Below are positions 34,990 to 49,053 of a DNA stretch of 64,000 bases, piece by piece. The stretch's first letter is position 1. The number at the start of each line of letters is the position of its first letter. The position numbers and the translations under genes were made by a program. The notes below the pieces were generated by a model. The model was not told where the DNA came from. It made no database searches and saw only the letters and a program-made list of their open reading frames with translations. Source of the stretch: Eledone cirrhosa (taxonomy: Eukaryota). Location of the stretch: positions 56,110,001 to 56,174,000 of the forward strand of contig OZ024743.1 of assembly GCA_964016885.1 (NCBI GenBank), given 5' to 3'.

Positions 34990-35690
34990 ATAACACTCCT
35001 TCCAGCGGGTCCAGTCAAAAGGAATCGTCTCCAACTGATCCGACTAGATCCTCAAGAGAGACAGCAGAGCTTATGCATGTTATGCAATCATCTTGCACAG
35101 GGTCTACTCGTGGATCTACTGCCAGAGTTTAACCTATATAATGTTTCCAGAGATTCTTTCCTGAGATACTCTAACCACGATATTGGAGCTGTAATCTCTC
35201 AATTCGGGGAAGTAGCGGCTCTATCTGGTGTAAATCTCTGATCTCCGAGCTAAGCTCTCTATCTAATAACGTTACTCCAAAGACCCTTCGGAGGAACCCC
35301 ATTTCGGCCGCTTTTATTCTTGATCGTATTTTTTTGTTCATTACCCAAGATTCATAGGTAAGGGTTGGCACGAATACCGAATTGAAGTTAGAGAGTTTGG
35401 ATTTTACACCTCATTACCGAATTCTGAAGTTGGCGTATTGCACTTAAGTTTCCTGCTTTCCGTGATTCATGAACACAGCCCAGAGTTACTTGAACTTCTC
35501 CTGCTGCTTCAGATGAACTCCACTTACTTGGAGAGTGTTCTTCATAGACTCCCTTGCTATGAAGAATGCCTCAGTCTTCGCAGCACTGATTTTCATTCTA
35601 ACCATACAGTACTCGGCATCAAACCTATCAAGTACATGTCGGAGATCACCTTCTGTCGAGTTAAGTATTACTATGTTGTCTAATGGACCT
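34990..35690 (-). pseudogene. Decayed RTE-clade LINE RT 3' fragment
   Basis: MKISAAKTE, EKFK, PTLTYESW, AAEMGFLRR..GVTLLDR, IER.QL; frameshifted. Confidence 0.8.
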
Positions 35691-36289
35691 AGAAACCTCA
35701 ATTCAAAATATTTGGCATATTACATGTAGTGTTGTGGTGTGGCTTATCTACTATTATGACTTACACACAAATATATATGGTAATTACCATATATATTTGT
35801 ATGTGAGTCATAATTTCTGTGTGTGAATAGGCTGAGTGGATTCTAATTTTGTTAGTTCAAATTTTGCTGCTGATGTGAAGAGAATTCTTTTCATAGTACC
35901 AGATAATTTAAAAAAACAATTAAATACTTGGGTACGCTTGTTGGGTTTAATTCTATGACAAACCTGCAATTTTATATATTTCGACCAGCAGGGAACGATT
36001 AGCAGTCGGCAGTTGGTGGTAGGAAATGATCGGAGCCAATACAATCGGGAACTGCGACCAGCAGATTAAGTTCTTGCTTGTTTGCTTGCTTCTTCAAGCT
36101 ACGTGTTTCTTCTTCAAACTAGAAAATGAGTAAAAAGAATGAATAAATAAAACTGTTCATATTTATCAAGATAGCGTTAAAGTGAAATCTCCTTAGAGCC
36201 GAATCAAATATCGCCAACGATTGATTCCAATAAACCAATCACTGGTTTTCTAAATCATATGCATAAAAAAAAAATCTGATTTACATTAA

Positions 36290-39200
36290 GTCACTGACAT
36301 ACCAGCCTCAGTCACAACCTCACTCACAACATCAACCTCAGTCACAGCCTCAGTCACAGCCTCAGTCACAGCCTCAGTCACAGCCTCAGTCACAGCCTCA
36401 GTCACAGCCTCAGTCACAGCCTCAGTCACAGACGCCTCAGTCACAGCCTCAAACACAGCCTCAGCCTCAGTCACAGCCTCAGTCACAGCCTCAGCCTCAG
36501 CCTCAGCCTCAGCCTCAGCCTCAGTCACTGCCTCAGACACAGCCTCAGTCACAGACAGCCTCAGTCACAGCCTCAATCACAGCCTCAGTCACAGCCTCAG
36601 TCACTGCCTCAGACACAGCCTCAGTCACAGACAGCCTCAGTCACAGCCTCAAACACAGCCTCAGCCTCAGTCACAGCCTCAGTCACAGCCTCAGCCTCAG
36701 CCTCAGCCTCTGCCTCAGCCTCAGCCACAGTCACAGCCTCAATCACAGCCTCAGTCACAGTCTCAGTCACAGCCTCAGTCACAGCCTCAGTCACAGCCTC
36801 AGTCACAGCCTCAGTCACAGCCTCAGTCACAGCCTCAGTCACAGCCTCAGTCACAGCCTCAGTCACAGACAGCCTCAGTCACTGCCTCAGACACAGCCTC
36901 AGTCACAGACAGCCTCAGTCACAGCCTCAAACACAGCCTCAGCCTCAGTCACAGCCTCAGTCACAGCCTCAGCCTCAGCCTCAGCCTCAGCCTCAGCCTC
37001 TGCCTCAGCCTCAGCCTCAGTCACAGCCTCAATCACAGCCTCAGCCAGTCTCAGTCACAGCCTCAGTCACAGCCTCAGTCACAGCCTCAGTCACAGCCTC
37101 AGTCACAGCCTCAGTCACAGCCTCAGTCACAGACAGCCTCAGTCACAGCCTCAAACACAGCCTCAGCCTCAGTCACAGCCTCAGTCACAGCCTCAGCCTC
37201 AGCCTCGGCCTCAGCCTCAGTCACAGCCTCAATCACAGCCTCAGTCACAGCCTCAGTCGCAGCCTCAGTCATAGCCTCAGTCACAGCCTCAGTCACAGCC
37301 TCAGTCACAGCCTCAGTCACAGCCTCAGTCAAAGCCTCAGTCACAGCCTCAGTCACAGACGCCTCAGTCACAGCCTCAAACACAGCCTCAGCCTCAGTCA
37401 CAGCCTCAGTCACAGCCTCAGCCTCAGCCTCAGCCTCAGCCTCAGCCTCAGCCTCAGCTTCAGTCACAGCCTCAATCACAGCCTCAGTCACAGCCTCAGT
37501 CACTGCCTCAGTCACAGCCTCAGTCACAGACAGCCTCAGTCACAGCCTCAAACACAGCCTCAGTCACAGCCTCAGTCACAGCCTCAGCCTCAGCCTCAGC
37601 CTCAGCCTCTGCCTCAGCCTCAGCCTCAGTCACAGCCTCAATCACAGCCTCAGTCACAGTCTCAGTCACAGCCTCAGTCACAGCCTCAGTCACAGCCTCA
37701 GTCACAGCCTCAGTCACAGCCTCAGTCACAGCCTCAGTCACAGACAGCCTCAGTCACAGCCTCAAACACAGCCTCAGCCTCAGTCACAGCCTCAGTCACA
37801 GCCTCAGCCTCAGCCTCAGCCTCAGCCTCAGCCACAGCCTCAATCACAGCCTCAGTCACAGCCTCAGTCGCAGCCTCAGTCACAGCCTCAGTCGCAGCCT
37901 CAGTCACAGTCTCAGTCTCAATCTCACCCACAGCCTCAGTCACAGCCTCAGTCACAGCCTCAGTCACAGCCTCAGTCACAGCCTCAGTCACAGACGCCTC
38001 AGTCACAGCCTCAGTCGGAGCCTCAGTCACAGCCTCAGTCACAGCCTCAGTCACAGCCTCAGTCACAGCCTCAGTCACAGACAGCCTCAGTCACAGCCTC
38101 AAACACAGCCTCAGCCTCAGTCACAGCCTCAGTCACAGCCTCAGCCTCAGCCTCAGCCTCAGTCACAGCCTCAATCACAGCCTCAGTCACAGCCTCAGTC
38201 GCAGCCTCAGTCATAGACTCAGTCACAGCCTCAGTCACAGCCTCAGTCACAGCCTCAGTCACAGCCTCAGTCACAGCCTCAGTCACAGCCTCAGTCACAG
38301 CCTCAGTCACAGCCTCAGTCACAGCCTCAGTCACAGACGCCTCAGTCACAGCCTCAAAAACAGCCTCAGCCTCAGTCACAGCCTCAGTCACAGCCTCAGC
38401 CTCAGCCTCAGCCTCAGCCTCAGCCTCAGCCTCAGCTTCAGTCACAGCCTCAATCACAGCCTCAGTCACAGCCTCAGTCACTGCCTCAGTCACAGCCTCA
38501 GTCACAGACAGCCTCAGTCACAGCCTCAAACACAGCCTCAGTCACAGCCTCAGTCACAGCCTCAGCCTCAGCCTCAGCCTCAGCCTCTGCCTCAGCCTCA
38601 GCCTCAGTCACAGCCTCAATCACAGCCTCAGTCACAGTATCAGTCACAGCCTCAGTCACAGCCTCAGTCACAGCCTCAGTCACAGCCTCAGTCACAGCCT
38701 CAGTCACAGCCTCAGTCACAGCCTCAGTCACAGCCTCAGTCACAGCCTCAGTCACAGACGCCTCAGTCACAGCCTCAAACACAGCCTCAGCCTCAGTCAC
38801 AGCCTCAGTCACAGCCTCAGCCTCAGCCTCAGCCTCAGCCTCAGCCTCAGCTTCAGTCACAGCCTCAATCACAGCCTCAGTCACAGCCTCAGTCACTGCC
38901 TCAGTCACAGCCTCAGTCACAGACAGCCTCAGTCACAGCCTCAAACACAGCCTCAGTCACAGCCTCAGTCACAGCCTCAGCCTCAGCCTCAGCCTCAGCC
39001 TCAGCCTCTGCCTCAGCCTCAGCCTCAGTCACAGCCTCAATCACAGCCTCAGTCACAGTCTCAGTCACAGCCTCAGTCACAGCCTCAGTCACAGCCTCAG
39101 TCACAGCCTCAGTCACAGCCTCATTCACAGCCTCAGTCACAGACAGCCTCAGTCACAGCCTCAAACACAGCCTCAGCCTCAGTCACAGCCTCAGTCACAG

Positions 39201-42010
39201 CCTCAGCCTCAGCTTCAGCCTCAGCCTCAGCCACAGCCTCAATCACAGCCTCAGTCACAGCCTCAGTCGCAGCCTCAGTCACAGCCTCAGTCGCAGCCTC
39301 AGTCACAGTCTCAGTCTCAATCTCACCCACAGCCTCAGTCACAGTCACAGCCTCAGTCAGAGCCTCAATCACAGCCTCAGTCACAGCCTCAGTCACAGCT
39401 TCAGTCACAGCGACAGCCTCAGTCACAGCCCCAGTCACAGCCTCAGCCTCAGAATCAGCCTCAGTCACAGCCTCAGTCGGAGCCTCAGTCACAGCCTCAG
39501 TCACAGCCTCAGTCACAGCCTCAGTCACAGCCTCAGTCACAGACAGCCTCAGTCACAGCCTCAAACACAGCCTCAGCCTCAGTCACAGCCTCAGTCACAG
39601 CCTCAGCCTCAGCCTCAGTCTCAGCCTCAGTCACAGCCTCAATCACAGCCTCAGTCACAGCCTCAGTCGCAGCCTCAGTCATAGCCTCATTCACAGCCTC
39701 AGTCACAGCCTCAGTCACAGCCTCAGTCACAGCCTCAGTCACAGCCTCAGTCACAGCCTCAGTCACAGCCTCAGTCACAGACGCCTCAGTCACAGCCTCA
39801 AACACAGCCTCAGCCTCAGTCACAGCCTCAGTCACAGCCTCAGCCTCAGCCTCAGCCTCAGCCTCAGCCTCAGCTTCAGTCACAGCCTCAATCACAGCCT
39901 CAGTCACAGCCTCAGTCACTGCCTCAGTCACAGCCTCAGTCACAGACAGCCTCAGTCACAGCCTCAAACACAGCCTCAGTCACAGCCTCAGTCACAGCCT
40001 CAGCCTCAGCCTCAGCCTCAGCCTCTGCCTCAGCCTCAGCCTCAGTCACAGCCTCAATCACAGCCTCAGTCACAGTCTCAGTCACAGCCTCAGTCACAGC
40101 CTCAGTCACAGCCTCAGTCACAGCCTCAGTCACAGCCTCAGTCACAGCCTCAGTCACAGCCTCAGTCACAGCCTCAGTCACAGCCTCAGTCACAGACAGC
40201 CTCAGTCACAGCCTCAAACACAGCCTCAGCCTCAGTCACAGATTCAGTCACAGCCTCAGCCTCAGCCTCAGCCTCAGCCTCAGCCACAGCCTCAATCACA
40301 GCCTCAGTCACAGCCTCAGTCGCAGCCTCAGTCACAGCCTCAGTCGCAGCCTCAGTCACAGTCTCAGTCTCAATCTCACCCACAGCCTCAGTCACAGTCA
40401 CAGCCTCAGTCAGAGCCTCAATCACAGCCTCAGTCACAGCCTCAGTCACAGCTTCAGTCACAGCGACAGCCTCAGTCACAGCCCCAGTCACAGCCTCAGC
40501 CTCAGAATCAGCCTCAGTCACAGCCTCAGTCGGAGCCTCAGTCACAGCCTCACTCACAGCCTCAGTCACAGCCTCAGTCACAGCCTCAGTCACAGACAGC
40601 CTCAGTCACAGCCTCAAACACAGCCTCAGCCTCAGTCACAGCCTCAGTCACAGCCTCAGCCTCAGCCTCAGCCTCAGCCTCAGTCACAGCCTCAATCACA
40701 GCCTCAGTCACAGCCTCAGTCGCAGCCTCAGTCATAGCCTCAGTCATAGCCTCAGTCACAGCCTCAGTCACAGCCTCAGTCACAGCCTCAGTCACAGCCT
40801 CAGTCACAGCCTCAGTCACAGACGCCTCAGTCACATCCTCAAACACAGCCTCAGCCTCAGTCACAGCCTCAGTCACAGCCTCAGCCTCAGCCTCAGCCTC
40901 AGCCTCAGCTTCAGTCACAGCCTCAATCACAGCCTCAGTCACAGCCTCAGTCACTGCCTCAGTCACAGCCTCAGTCACAGACAGCCTCAGTCACAGCCTC
41001 AAACACAGCCTCAGCCTCAGTCACAGCCTCAGTCACAGCCTCAGCCTCAGCCTCAGCCTCAGCCTCTGCCTCAGCCTCAGCCTCAGTCACAGCCTCAATC
41101 ACAGCCTCAGTCACAGTCTCAGTCACAGCCTCAGTCACAGCCTCAGTCACAGCCTCAGTCACAGCCTCAGTCACAGACAGCCTCAGTCACAGCCTCAAAC
41201 ACAGCCTCAGCCTCAGTCACAGCCTCAGTCACAGCCTCAGCCTCAGCCTCAGCCTCAGCCTCAGCCACAGCCTCAATCACAGCCTCAGTCACAGCCTCAG
41301 TCGCAGCCTCAGTCACAGCCTCAGTCGCAGCCTCAGTCACAGTCTCAGTCTCAATCTCACCCACAGCCTCAGTCACAGTCACAGCCTCAGTCAGAGCCTC
41401 AATCACAGCCTCAGTCACAGCCTCAGTCACAGCTTCAGTCACAGCGACAGCCTCAGTCACAGCCCCAGTCACAGCCTCAGCCTCAGAATCAGCCTCAGTC
41501 ACAGCCTCAGTCGGAGCCTCAGTCACAGCCTCAGTCACAGCTTCAATCATAGCCGCAGTCACAGTTTCAGTCACAACCTCTGTCACATTCACAACCACTG
41601 CTTCAGCCTCAGTCGCAGTCTAGCTTCAGTCACAGCCTCAGTCACAACCTCAGCCTTAGTCACAGCCTCAGTTACAGCCACAGCCTCAGCCTCAGTCACA
41701 GCCTCAGTCACAGTTTCAGTCACAGCATCAGCATCAGCACAGCCTCAGTCACAGCCTCAGTCTCAGTCAAAGCCTCAGTCACAGCCACAGTCACAGCCTC
41801 AGTTACAGCCACAGCCTCAACCTCTGTCACAGCCTCAGTCACAGCCTCGGCCTCAGTTACAGCCACAGCCTCAGCCTCAGTCACAATCTCAGCCCCAGTT
41901 ACAGCCTCAGTCACAGCCTCAGTTACAGCCTCAGTTGCAGCTTCAGTCATAGCCTCAGTCACAGCCTCAGTCACAGCCTCAGTCACAGCCTCAGCCTCAG
42001 TCTCAGCCAC
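36290..42010. repeat. 5.7-kb minisatellite, unit CAGCCTCAGTCA (12 bp) mixed with CAGCCT (6 bp)
   Basis: Direct reading; degenerate edges, homogeneous core and ~1-kb higher-order blocks. Confidence 0.98.
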
Positions 42011-42129
42011 ATCTAGTAGATAAATTATAAAAATGTAGGAATGTCACTGCAACCTACGTGCAAGCTGCGAGAATGGCACTCGACTATTTTTTTCAATGAA
42101 AAACACGATGTTACATAGTCTGAGTTAAG

Positions 42130-43140
42130 GAACATACTTTATGATACGAGGGAACGAAAGCTATTCGATGGGCTCAAGTGGCAGAGGTGCATCCTGGCAA
42201 CAAAGACACAATTCGGTCTTTGGTAGACCAGAATGGGCGAATGCCGCTCGATTCCAAGCAGATGTGTTCTGGTTTCCAACGGCATTTTGTACAACTATTC
42301 GGGGCAGGTGGAAAGGCGAAGACCTTAGCAGATTTTAGTCTCTACCTAGAGAGCTTACTGTGTCTATATGCGTCTGATACGAAGTGCTGTGAGAAGCTGA
42401 AAACACAAGTCAAGATGTAGTAGCACTGTTGAAGAATGACGCGAATAAGAGAAATGTAATCGAGAATGTTCGCCAATAACTCTGCTTAAAATAGACTTCT
42501 AGAAAGGAAGTTGGCGTTTGTCGGTAAGACACTGGTCAAAGAAGCACAGACGTGCAAAATTCCGGCCAGGTCTATATATGACAACCTCTACCTCGTGCGA
42601 TACATCATAAAGTGCGTGTGATCAATTTCAACCCCTCGAATACTTTCAGTATGGTCGACCATATTTACTTAGAGGCTGTCCTCAAGGCAATTGGTTTTGG
42701 TCCTGTCTTTTGAGGATGGATCACTTCAATGCACAACTGCATTTGCTTAGTTGTCAGAGTAAATGATAACCTTTTGTAACCGTTTCAAATCACACCCTCG
42801 ATCCGGATGACCTCTCTCCTCTTTTTTGTATGACTGATTCTCGAACTCCTACTACAGAAGGTGGATCTTTTGAACGGCATGCCGTTAGAACCGGGATGTA
42901 GGGTGCTGCAGAAGATGTAGGGTGCTGCATATGCTGAAGATGTCATCGTGTCGGTGTCGAACACCTCGGAAATCGAAGTGTTCGACGACTTCTTAGAGGA
43001 ATTCGAAATGTTGGCGGGAGCAAAGATCAACCCCCAACAAGTGATTGGGTTTGCAGCTCGGCACCTAAAGAGGCAAGTCCGTGCATCGAATAGCGTCGTC
43101 GGACACTGGACAGACTGACCGGTTAAGTTGCTCGGTGGAT
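42130..43140 (+). pseudogene. Heavily decayed Tx1/L1-like RT fragment
   Basis: GTCGACCATATTTACTTAGAGGCTGTCCTC and GCATATGCTGAAGATGTC (AYAEDV) parallel VDHRYLDAVL and AYADDV of the copy at 46-47 kb. Confidence 0.7.
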
Positions 43141-43669
43141 TATAACTGGGAGTCTCACCCATATAAGCTTCTCTTCTGAATCAGATAGTGTTAGTGCTAC
43201 TGTTAATAAATACAAGTTTACACTAAAAGACAATGCATGTATGGTCCCGTAGCTCTGGATATTTTTTTTAAATCACTGTTTGAATGACTTATTCTTAGGA
43301 AGCAAAGTCGCAGTTACTCTTTCTATATATAATATATACTGTTGTTGCTGTTAGTGGTCATCTGACGTCGGTTCAGACGACGAGTGATCTAGTTGTTTAA
43401 TCAGAGAAACAGACTGCTCGTGAAATTAACATGCAAGTGGTTGAATATGCCAAAGACGCGTGTAGTCTTGACAAATCAACCTGCCAAAACAATAACATAC
43501 TGGGTGAATCTTAGATTTTCTGGAATATGAACGGAATGGACCTCCGTTCCTCTCGTCGATTATCGGATTATCGTTCGGTGTAACATTAATCTCTATGCTC
43601 TTTTAGTTGCTTCTTATCGCACATCTGTTCGTTCCATTTTACCAAACACTTAACTATGCAGAATAGTCG

Positions 43670-43912
43670 TTGTTGTGTTTTGTTATTGAACCTTCGTTGG
43701 TTCAGATGAACAGTGTTCCAGTCGTTCAATCATAGAAAGAGCCTGCTCGGGATATTAACTGGCAAGTGACTGAGCATTCCACAGACATTTGCACACATAG
43801 AAGAACGTGAAATAAAGTATTTTCCTTTAAGACACAACATGCCCCCGGCAATCGAACACAAGACCTTGTGATAGTCAGCCGAATACACAAACCACTAAGC
43901 CACGAGCCTTCA
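43670..43912 (-). mobile_element. tRNA-derived SINE (partial second copy at 43340-43470)
   Basis: Minus TGGCTTAGTGG A box, GTTCGATTG B-box-like, CORE-like segment. Confidence 0.65.
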
Positions 43913-43941
43913 CTATGAAAATTAATAGACTTTCGTTAGTT

Positions 43942-43991
43942 AGAAGAAGAAGAAGAAGAAGAAGAAGAAGAAGAAGAAGAAGAAGAAGAAG

Positions 43992-44026
<35 letters not shown>

Positions 44027-44115
44027 CGACGACGACGACGACAACGACAACCACGACGACGATGACGACGACGACGACGACGACGACGACAACAATGACA
44101 ACGACGACAACAACA
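43942..44115. repeat. Compound trinucleotide microsatellite (AGA)n(ACA)n(ACG)n
   Basis: Direct reading. Confidence 0.95.
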
Positions 44116-44822
44116 GTAGTTATATATATATGTTTAAAAAGACTAATTGACTTTCTCCAAAAACACAACAATTCTTCTAAGGTAGGTGATTCCTAAGGGG
44201 AAATGGGCTGGTAGGCGATAAGAAGGAAGTAAAATAAAATGGCGAGAGATGATACATCGTACACTCATCGTCAACAGCAACGGAGGTTCATTCTATTTAT
44301 GTTCTAGAAAGTCTAAGATTCGTTCGGTGAGTGTGTTATTGTTTTGGCAGTTTGATTTGTTCTGTTAACCAAGTAAGTCCATGTAAAACTCTGAAACATG
44401 CTATAAAATATAAAACGAAGGCGTAAGAAATGATCTGCTAGTAATTTCCTATCGTTATTGCATTCTTTGTTCACACGTCCACTTCTGAGATGTCAGCAGA
44501 GTCCCAGAGGGTTTGGCAATGAGGAAAAAAAAACAACAACCCAAGTTTGAGCTAAGAATGAATGAGCAAGTAGAAATTTGGCAAGAAGAAAAGATGGCGT
44601 GGAATTAGTGTGACGTTTCGTAGAAGGCTTTATGTCACAGTCTGGAAGAATGTTATACCACAATGGAAAGTTTAATTAGTGTTATTGAAAGACAAAAGTC
44701 AAAGAGACAGCGAGAAAGAGATACAAGGAGAAACACACACACGCACGCACGCACGCACGCACGCACACGCACACACACACACATATATACACACATACAC
44801 ACATACACACACATACACACAT

Positions 44823-44873
<51 letters not shown>

Positions 44874-45030
44874 CAAAGAGAGAGAGAAAGAGAGAGAAAT
44901 GCACATACATACAGAGATAGATGGAGAAATACACATACATATAGATAGATATAGAAATATAAAGACACATATAGAAACAGATAGATAAATAGATAGATAG
45001 ATAGATAGATATGTTTCTAGATAGATAGAT

Positions 45031-47003
45031 ATATTTCTTTATTAGCCACAGGGGCACAAAAGAAGGGGACAAATACAAAGGGGGAAGTTTACATACAATA
45101 AAAACGTGTAAAATGTTATCACAGATGGAATTTAAAAGTTAGTCGATTTTCCCCAATAGAGGGAGACAGTTTATATGGGTAACACATACCCCCGAAAAAA
45201 AATGTGCAACCCTCATCTCCAGGAGTACGAAGAGCTTGTACTCCTTTCCTCTCCTCCTCCTTTTCCTCAACCTACAGGCTGATATAGAGAGAAGGCCCAT
45301 TCACTCGGGCCATTCTCGCCACTTTCACCCACCTTTCATAAAACTTGCTGGGGTACAGCACCTCTCTCTCCATCCTGATTCTTCTTCCAAAGTGGTATTT
45401 GAAAAAAAGAATCAGTTGTTGGCTGGAGAGAAAGGTGTCTGACCTCAGCCCTTTCAACCTTGTCCACCATACAACCTCTTTCGCCATAGCTATCACACAA
45501 AGGAAAACCGCCTCTCCTTCGTTTTTGAAGGAGGGTGGCGGTTTGATCATGACAATGGACTCAGTGGTCAACTGGATTGGTCCCACCCGCGACAATAGTC
45601 GTTCTACATAGCCCCACAGGTCAGTGACGCCCGGGCAGTGTATGAATGCGTGCGCGACGGTTTCTTCGTCTCGCACGCACCTCGGACAGATCTTTTTTGC
45701 AGGGTCCCTGCCCGGGCGCCCATGTCTGTAGAGCTTGTCTCGAACTGGTAGAGCTCCTCGGTAGCGCTGCCAGGCCAGGGACTTTTGGAAGTTGTCCATC
45801 GGTCCCGGGCGGAAGGTCCTACCGAACAGACTGGCCAGTTCATCTTCCTCTATGCCTAGAGTTTCACCGAGCGCGTCGTCGCACTTGCTGCGGACCAACC
45901 CTCTATAGAATGACGAAGTGGAGTCTCCACTGATCTCCGGGTCCGCCTGCCAGAGGGCTGTGAGCGCCTGAGCACATTCGATGTGCCAGTCGCCCATTTT
46001 CCTCGGTCTCTACTTGACCCAGGACTGCAGCTCGGTCAGCGAGACGAGTCGTGGGAAGGCTCGCCTCACGAACGGGGCCCACACCGGTTGTCCGGTGAGG
46101 AATACGTAGAGATGCCGCAGCCTGAGCGCGTGTTTGCGCATCGTCAACCACGGCATCCCCAGCCCTCCGTTAGAAGGGTGTTGGCAGCAGATGGATCTTC
46201 TCACCAAAGGAGCCCGCCTCTTCCAAAGGAATCGGAAGAGCGCGCGCTCCATTTTGGCGAGCGTTTTGGCTGGACAAGGCACGACGGTCAAGCGGTAGTA
46301 GATGGCGGACGCTATAAAAGTGTTCGCCACCTCCGCTCGACCTTTCAAGGATAGTTTGCACTCGGCCCACTTCTGGGTGAGTGCAAACACCTTGGCCGTC
46401 ACTTCGTTCCAGTTCTTCTCCACCTGGAGGTCCGGACCAAACCAGACCCCGAGCAGCTTTACCGGTCCTTCCGTCCAGCGTCCGACGACGCCATCGGAAG
46501 GCATCGGTCTGCCTCTCCACGATCCGAGTTGCAAACCGATGGACTTGTCCCGGTTCAGCTTCGCTCCTGTGAGACTTTCGTATTCCTTTAGTAAGGTGCC
46601 GACTTCCTCGATTTGCGAGGCGCTCGACACCATTACTGTCACGTCGTCGGCGTAGGCCGACGCCGCTTTCCGCAGTCCCGGTTCCAGAGGGATGCCCTGC
46701 AATAGCTCCAGCTTCCGCAGTAGTGGCTCGAGAGTCAGTACGTACAGAAGGGAGGAGAGAGGGCATCCCTGTCGAATGGATCGCGTAATATGGAACGGCT
46801 CCGAGAGGTAACCGTTCACCTTGACCCTTGAGCAGATGTTGCTGTTGTGCATTGCAGCAATCCAACCCCTGAAAACGGGTCCGAAGCCTGCCGCCTCGAG
46901 CACCGCATCCAGGTAACGATGGTCAACCCTATCGAAAGCCTTAGACTGATCCAAGTTGATCAAGGCCCCACCGAAGCCGGGTTTACACCCTACCCTCTCT
47001 ATG
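45031..47003 (-). mobile_element. 5'-truncated Tx1/L1-clade LINE with a 20-bp target-site duplication
   Basis: ATGTTTCTAGATAGATAGAT at 45011-45030 and 47004-47023; AATAAA at the 3' end. Confidence 0.88.
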
Positions 47004-47010
47004 ATGTTTC
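45272..47010 (-). pseudogene. Tx1-like ORF2: RT plus C-terminal CCHC zinc finger, one in-frame stop at 46010-46012
   Basis: LDQSKAFDRVD, QGCPLS, YADD, KLLGV, GGLGMP, CPRC...ETVAHAFIHC. The two track ORFs share a frame. Confidence 0.9.
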
Positions 47011-47063
<53 letters not shown>

Positions 47064-47065
<2 letters not shown>

Positions 47066-47945
47066 GTTTCTTTTATTTGCCACTAGGGCATCAAAAGTGG
47101 GACAAGTACAAAGGGGGGAGTTTACACAAAAAGGCGTCCTCAATAAGGAGGAGGCAATAACAAAATATAAAAATAAAATAAGATATAACAAAAATAAAAT
47201 TTTTAACAAAATCCTCAATAGAGAGGAGGCGCCTTGGGGGGTCGCACACACCCCCGAAAAAAGTGTGCAACCCTTTTCCTCAGGAGCACAGAGAGGGGGT
47301 GCTCCCTCGTTCCTTCCTCTTTTCCACCTACAGGCTTATGTAAAGAGAAGGCCCATTCACACGGGCCATTCTCGCCACTTTCACCCACCTTTCATAAAAA
47401 CGACTGGGGTGCAGCACCTCTCTCTCCATCCTGATCCTTCTTCCGAAATGATATCGGAAGAAACGGACCAGTTGTTGGCCAGAGAGAAAGGTGCCTGACC
47501 TCAGTCCTTTCAGACGCGTCCACCATACAACCTCTTTCGCCATGGCTATTACGCACAGAAACACCGCCTCTGCTTCATCTTTGAAGGGGGGAGGCGGCTT
47601 GATCATTACAATAGACTCGGTGGTCAACCGGATCGGTCCCACCCTTGACAGCAGTTGTTCGACATAGCCCCACAGATCGGCTACGCCCGAGCAGTGTACC
47701 AATGCGTGTGCAACGGTTTCCTCGTCGCACACGCATCTGGGACAGATCTTTTTGGCGGGGTCCCTACCCGGGCGCCCGTGTCTGTAGAGCCTTTCTCGAA
47801 CGGGTAAAGCCCCTCGGTAGCACTGCCAGGCCAGGGACTTCTGGAAGTTGTCCATAGGTCCCGGGCTGAATGTCCTACCGAACAGGCTGGCCAGTTCGTC
47901 CTCCTCCATGTCTAGGGCTTCTCCAAGGGCGTCGTCGCACCTAGA
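47064..47945 (-). mobile_element. Second, shorter Tx1-like 3' fragment (sister subfamily); a ~40-bp 3' tip of another copy abuts it at 47945-47986
   Basis: Homologous C-terminal ORF 47328-47945; same GTCCC...GTGGC.AATAAA end followed by (TCTA)n. Confidence 0.88.
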
Positions 47946-47985
47946 TTTCTTTATTAGCCACAAGGGCGCAACAAGAAAGGGGACA

Positions 47986-48045
<60 letters not shown>

Positions 48046-48124
48046 CACAGATAGATGGATAGAGGGACAGATATCTAGATAAAAGAATGGATGGATAGAT
48101 TTTGTTGCACGTTATGATAACAAT

Positions 48125-48900
48125 TCTTTCTTTGTTTGGCTGTATGGCCGAAATACAAAGGACAATACAAATAGACAAGGACAGTGGGGATTTACATGTA
48201 ATATAAAGAAAGCAGCTAACAAAAATAACAAGAAATTTAACAAGAGAATTCCCTAATAGGAGGGAACACTACCCGGGGGGTAATTTAGGAACCCCACAGA
48301 TCCGAAAGCACCGTAATCGCCAAAAGCACCATAAAGAAGGCGCCCCTCTACTCTCTGAAATCTTCAGCCTACAGGAGCAAGTTCAGAGTAAGCCCATCCA
48401 CTCGAAACATCCTTGCTACATTCACTCACCTTTTAACAAATGTACTGGAGGAAGGGGGCAGCATTTCCCTCTCCATCCTCACCTTCCTTTCAAAGTGGAA
48501 CTTGAAAGCGTCGATGATAATAGCTGTTCGACAGAACCCCACAAGTCAGCAATGCTCGAACACTGGACGAGTGCATGCAGAGCAGTTTCATTGCTCTGCG
48601 CACATCGGACAGGTCCGTCTGTCAGTATTTCCCCGTCTATAGAGTTTGTCTCAAACCGGCAATGCCCACCAACCCCACCCGGTAACACTGTCAGGCCAGG
48701 CCAGGGATTTCTAGAGATTATCCAATAGGCTCCAGACAAAAAGTCCTCCAGAACAGACTGATTTGTTCGATTCCGCTGACGCCTAGAGTTTCTCTGAGAA
48801 CATCCCTCTTTCCCGCCACTAGTCCTCCATATAACGTGGAATTTCTACTGACCGCATTGCTTGATTGGTAGAAGGCTGTGAGGAGCACCTGACAACACTT
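48125..48900 (-). mobile_element. Third, older Tx1-like 3' fragment
   Basis: CAQSNETALHALVQC..IADLWG.VEQLLS is homologous to the other copies; same orientation; adjacent to (GATA)n. Confidence 0.75.
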
Positions 48901-48951
48901 CAGACGTACAGTTGATTTCTTCCAGAGAAATAAAGAGAGAAAGAATGAAAG

Positions 48952-49053
<102 letters not shown>

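Noticed and set aside
36286-42010. TEAV-repeat minus-strand ORFs as an antifreeze- or mucin-like protein
   Set aside because: Recurrent amplified frameshifts, non-ATG starts and no unique coding flank.
47011-47251. Hydrophobic N-terminal extension of the 413-aa RT ORF
   Set aside because: Read-through of the neighbouring copy's 3' UTR and the (TCTA)n tract.
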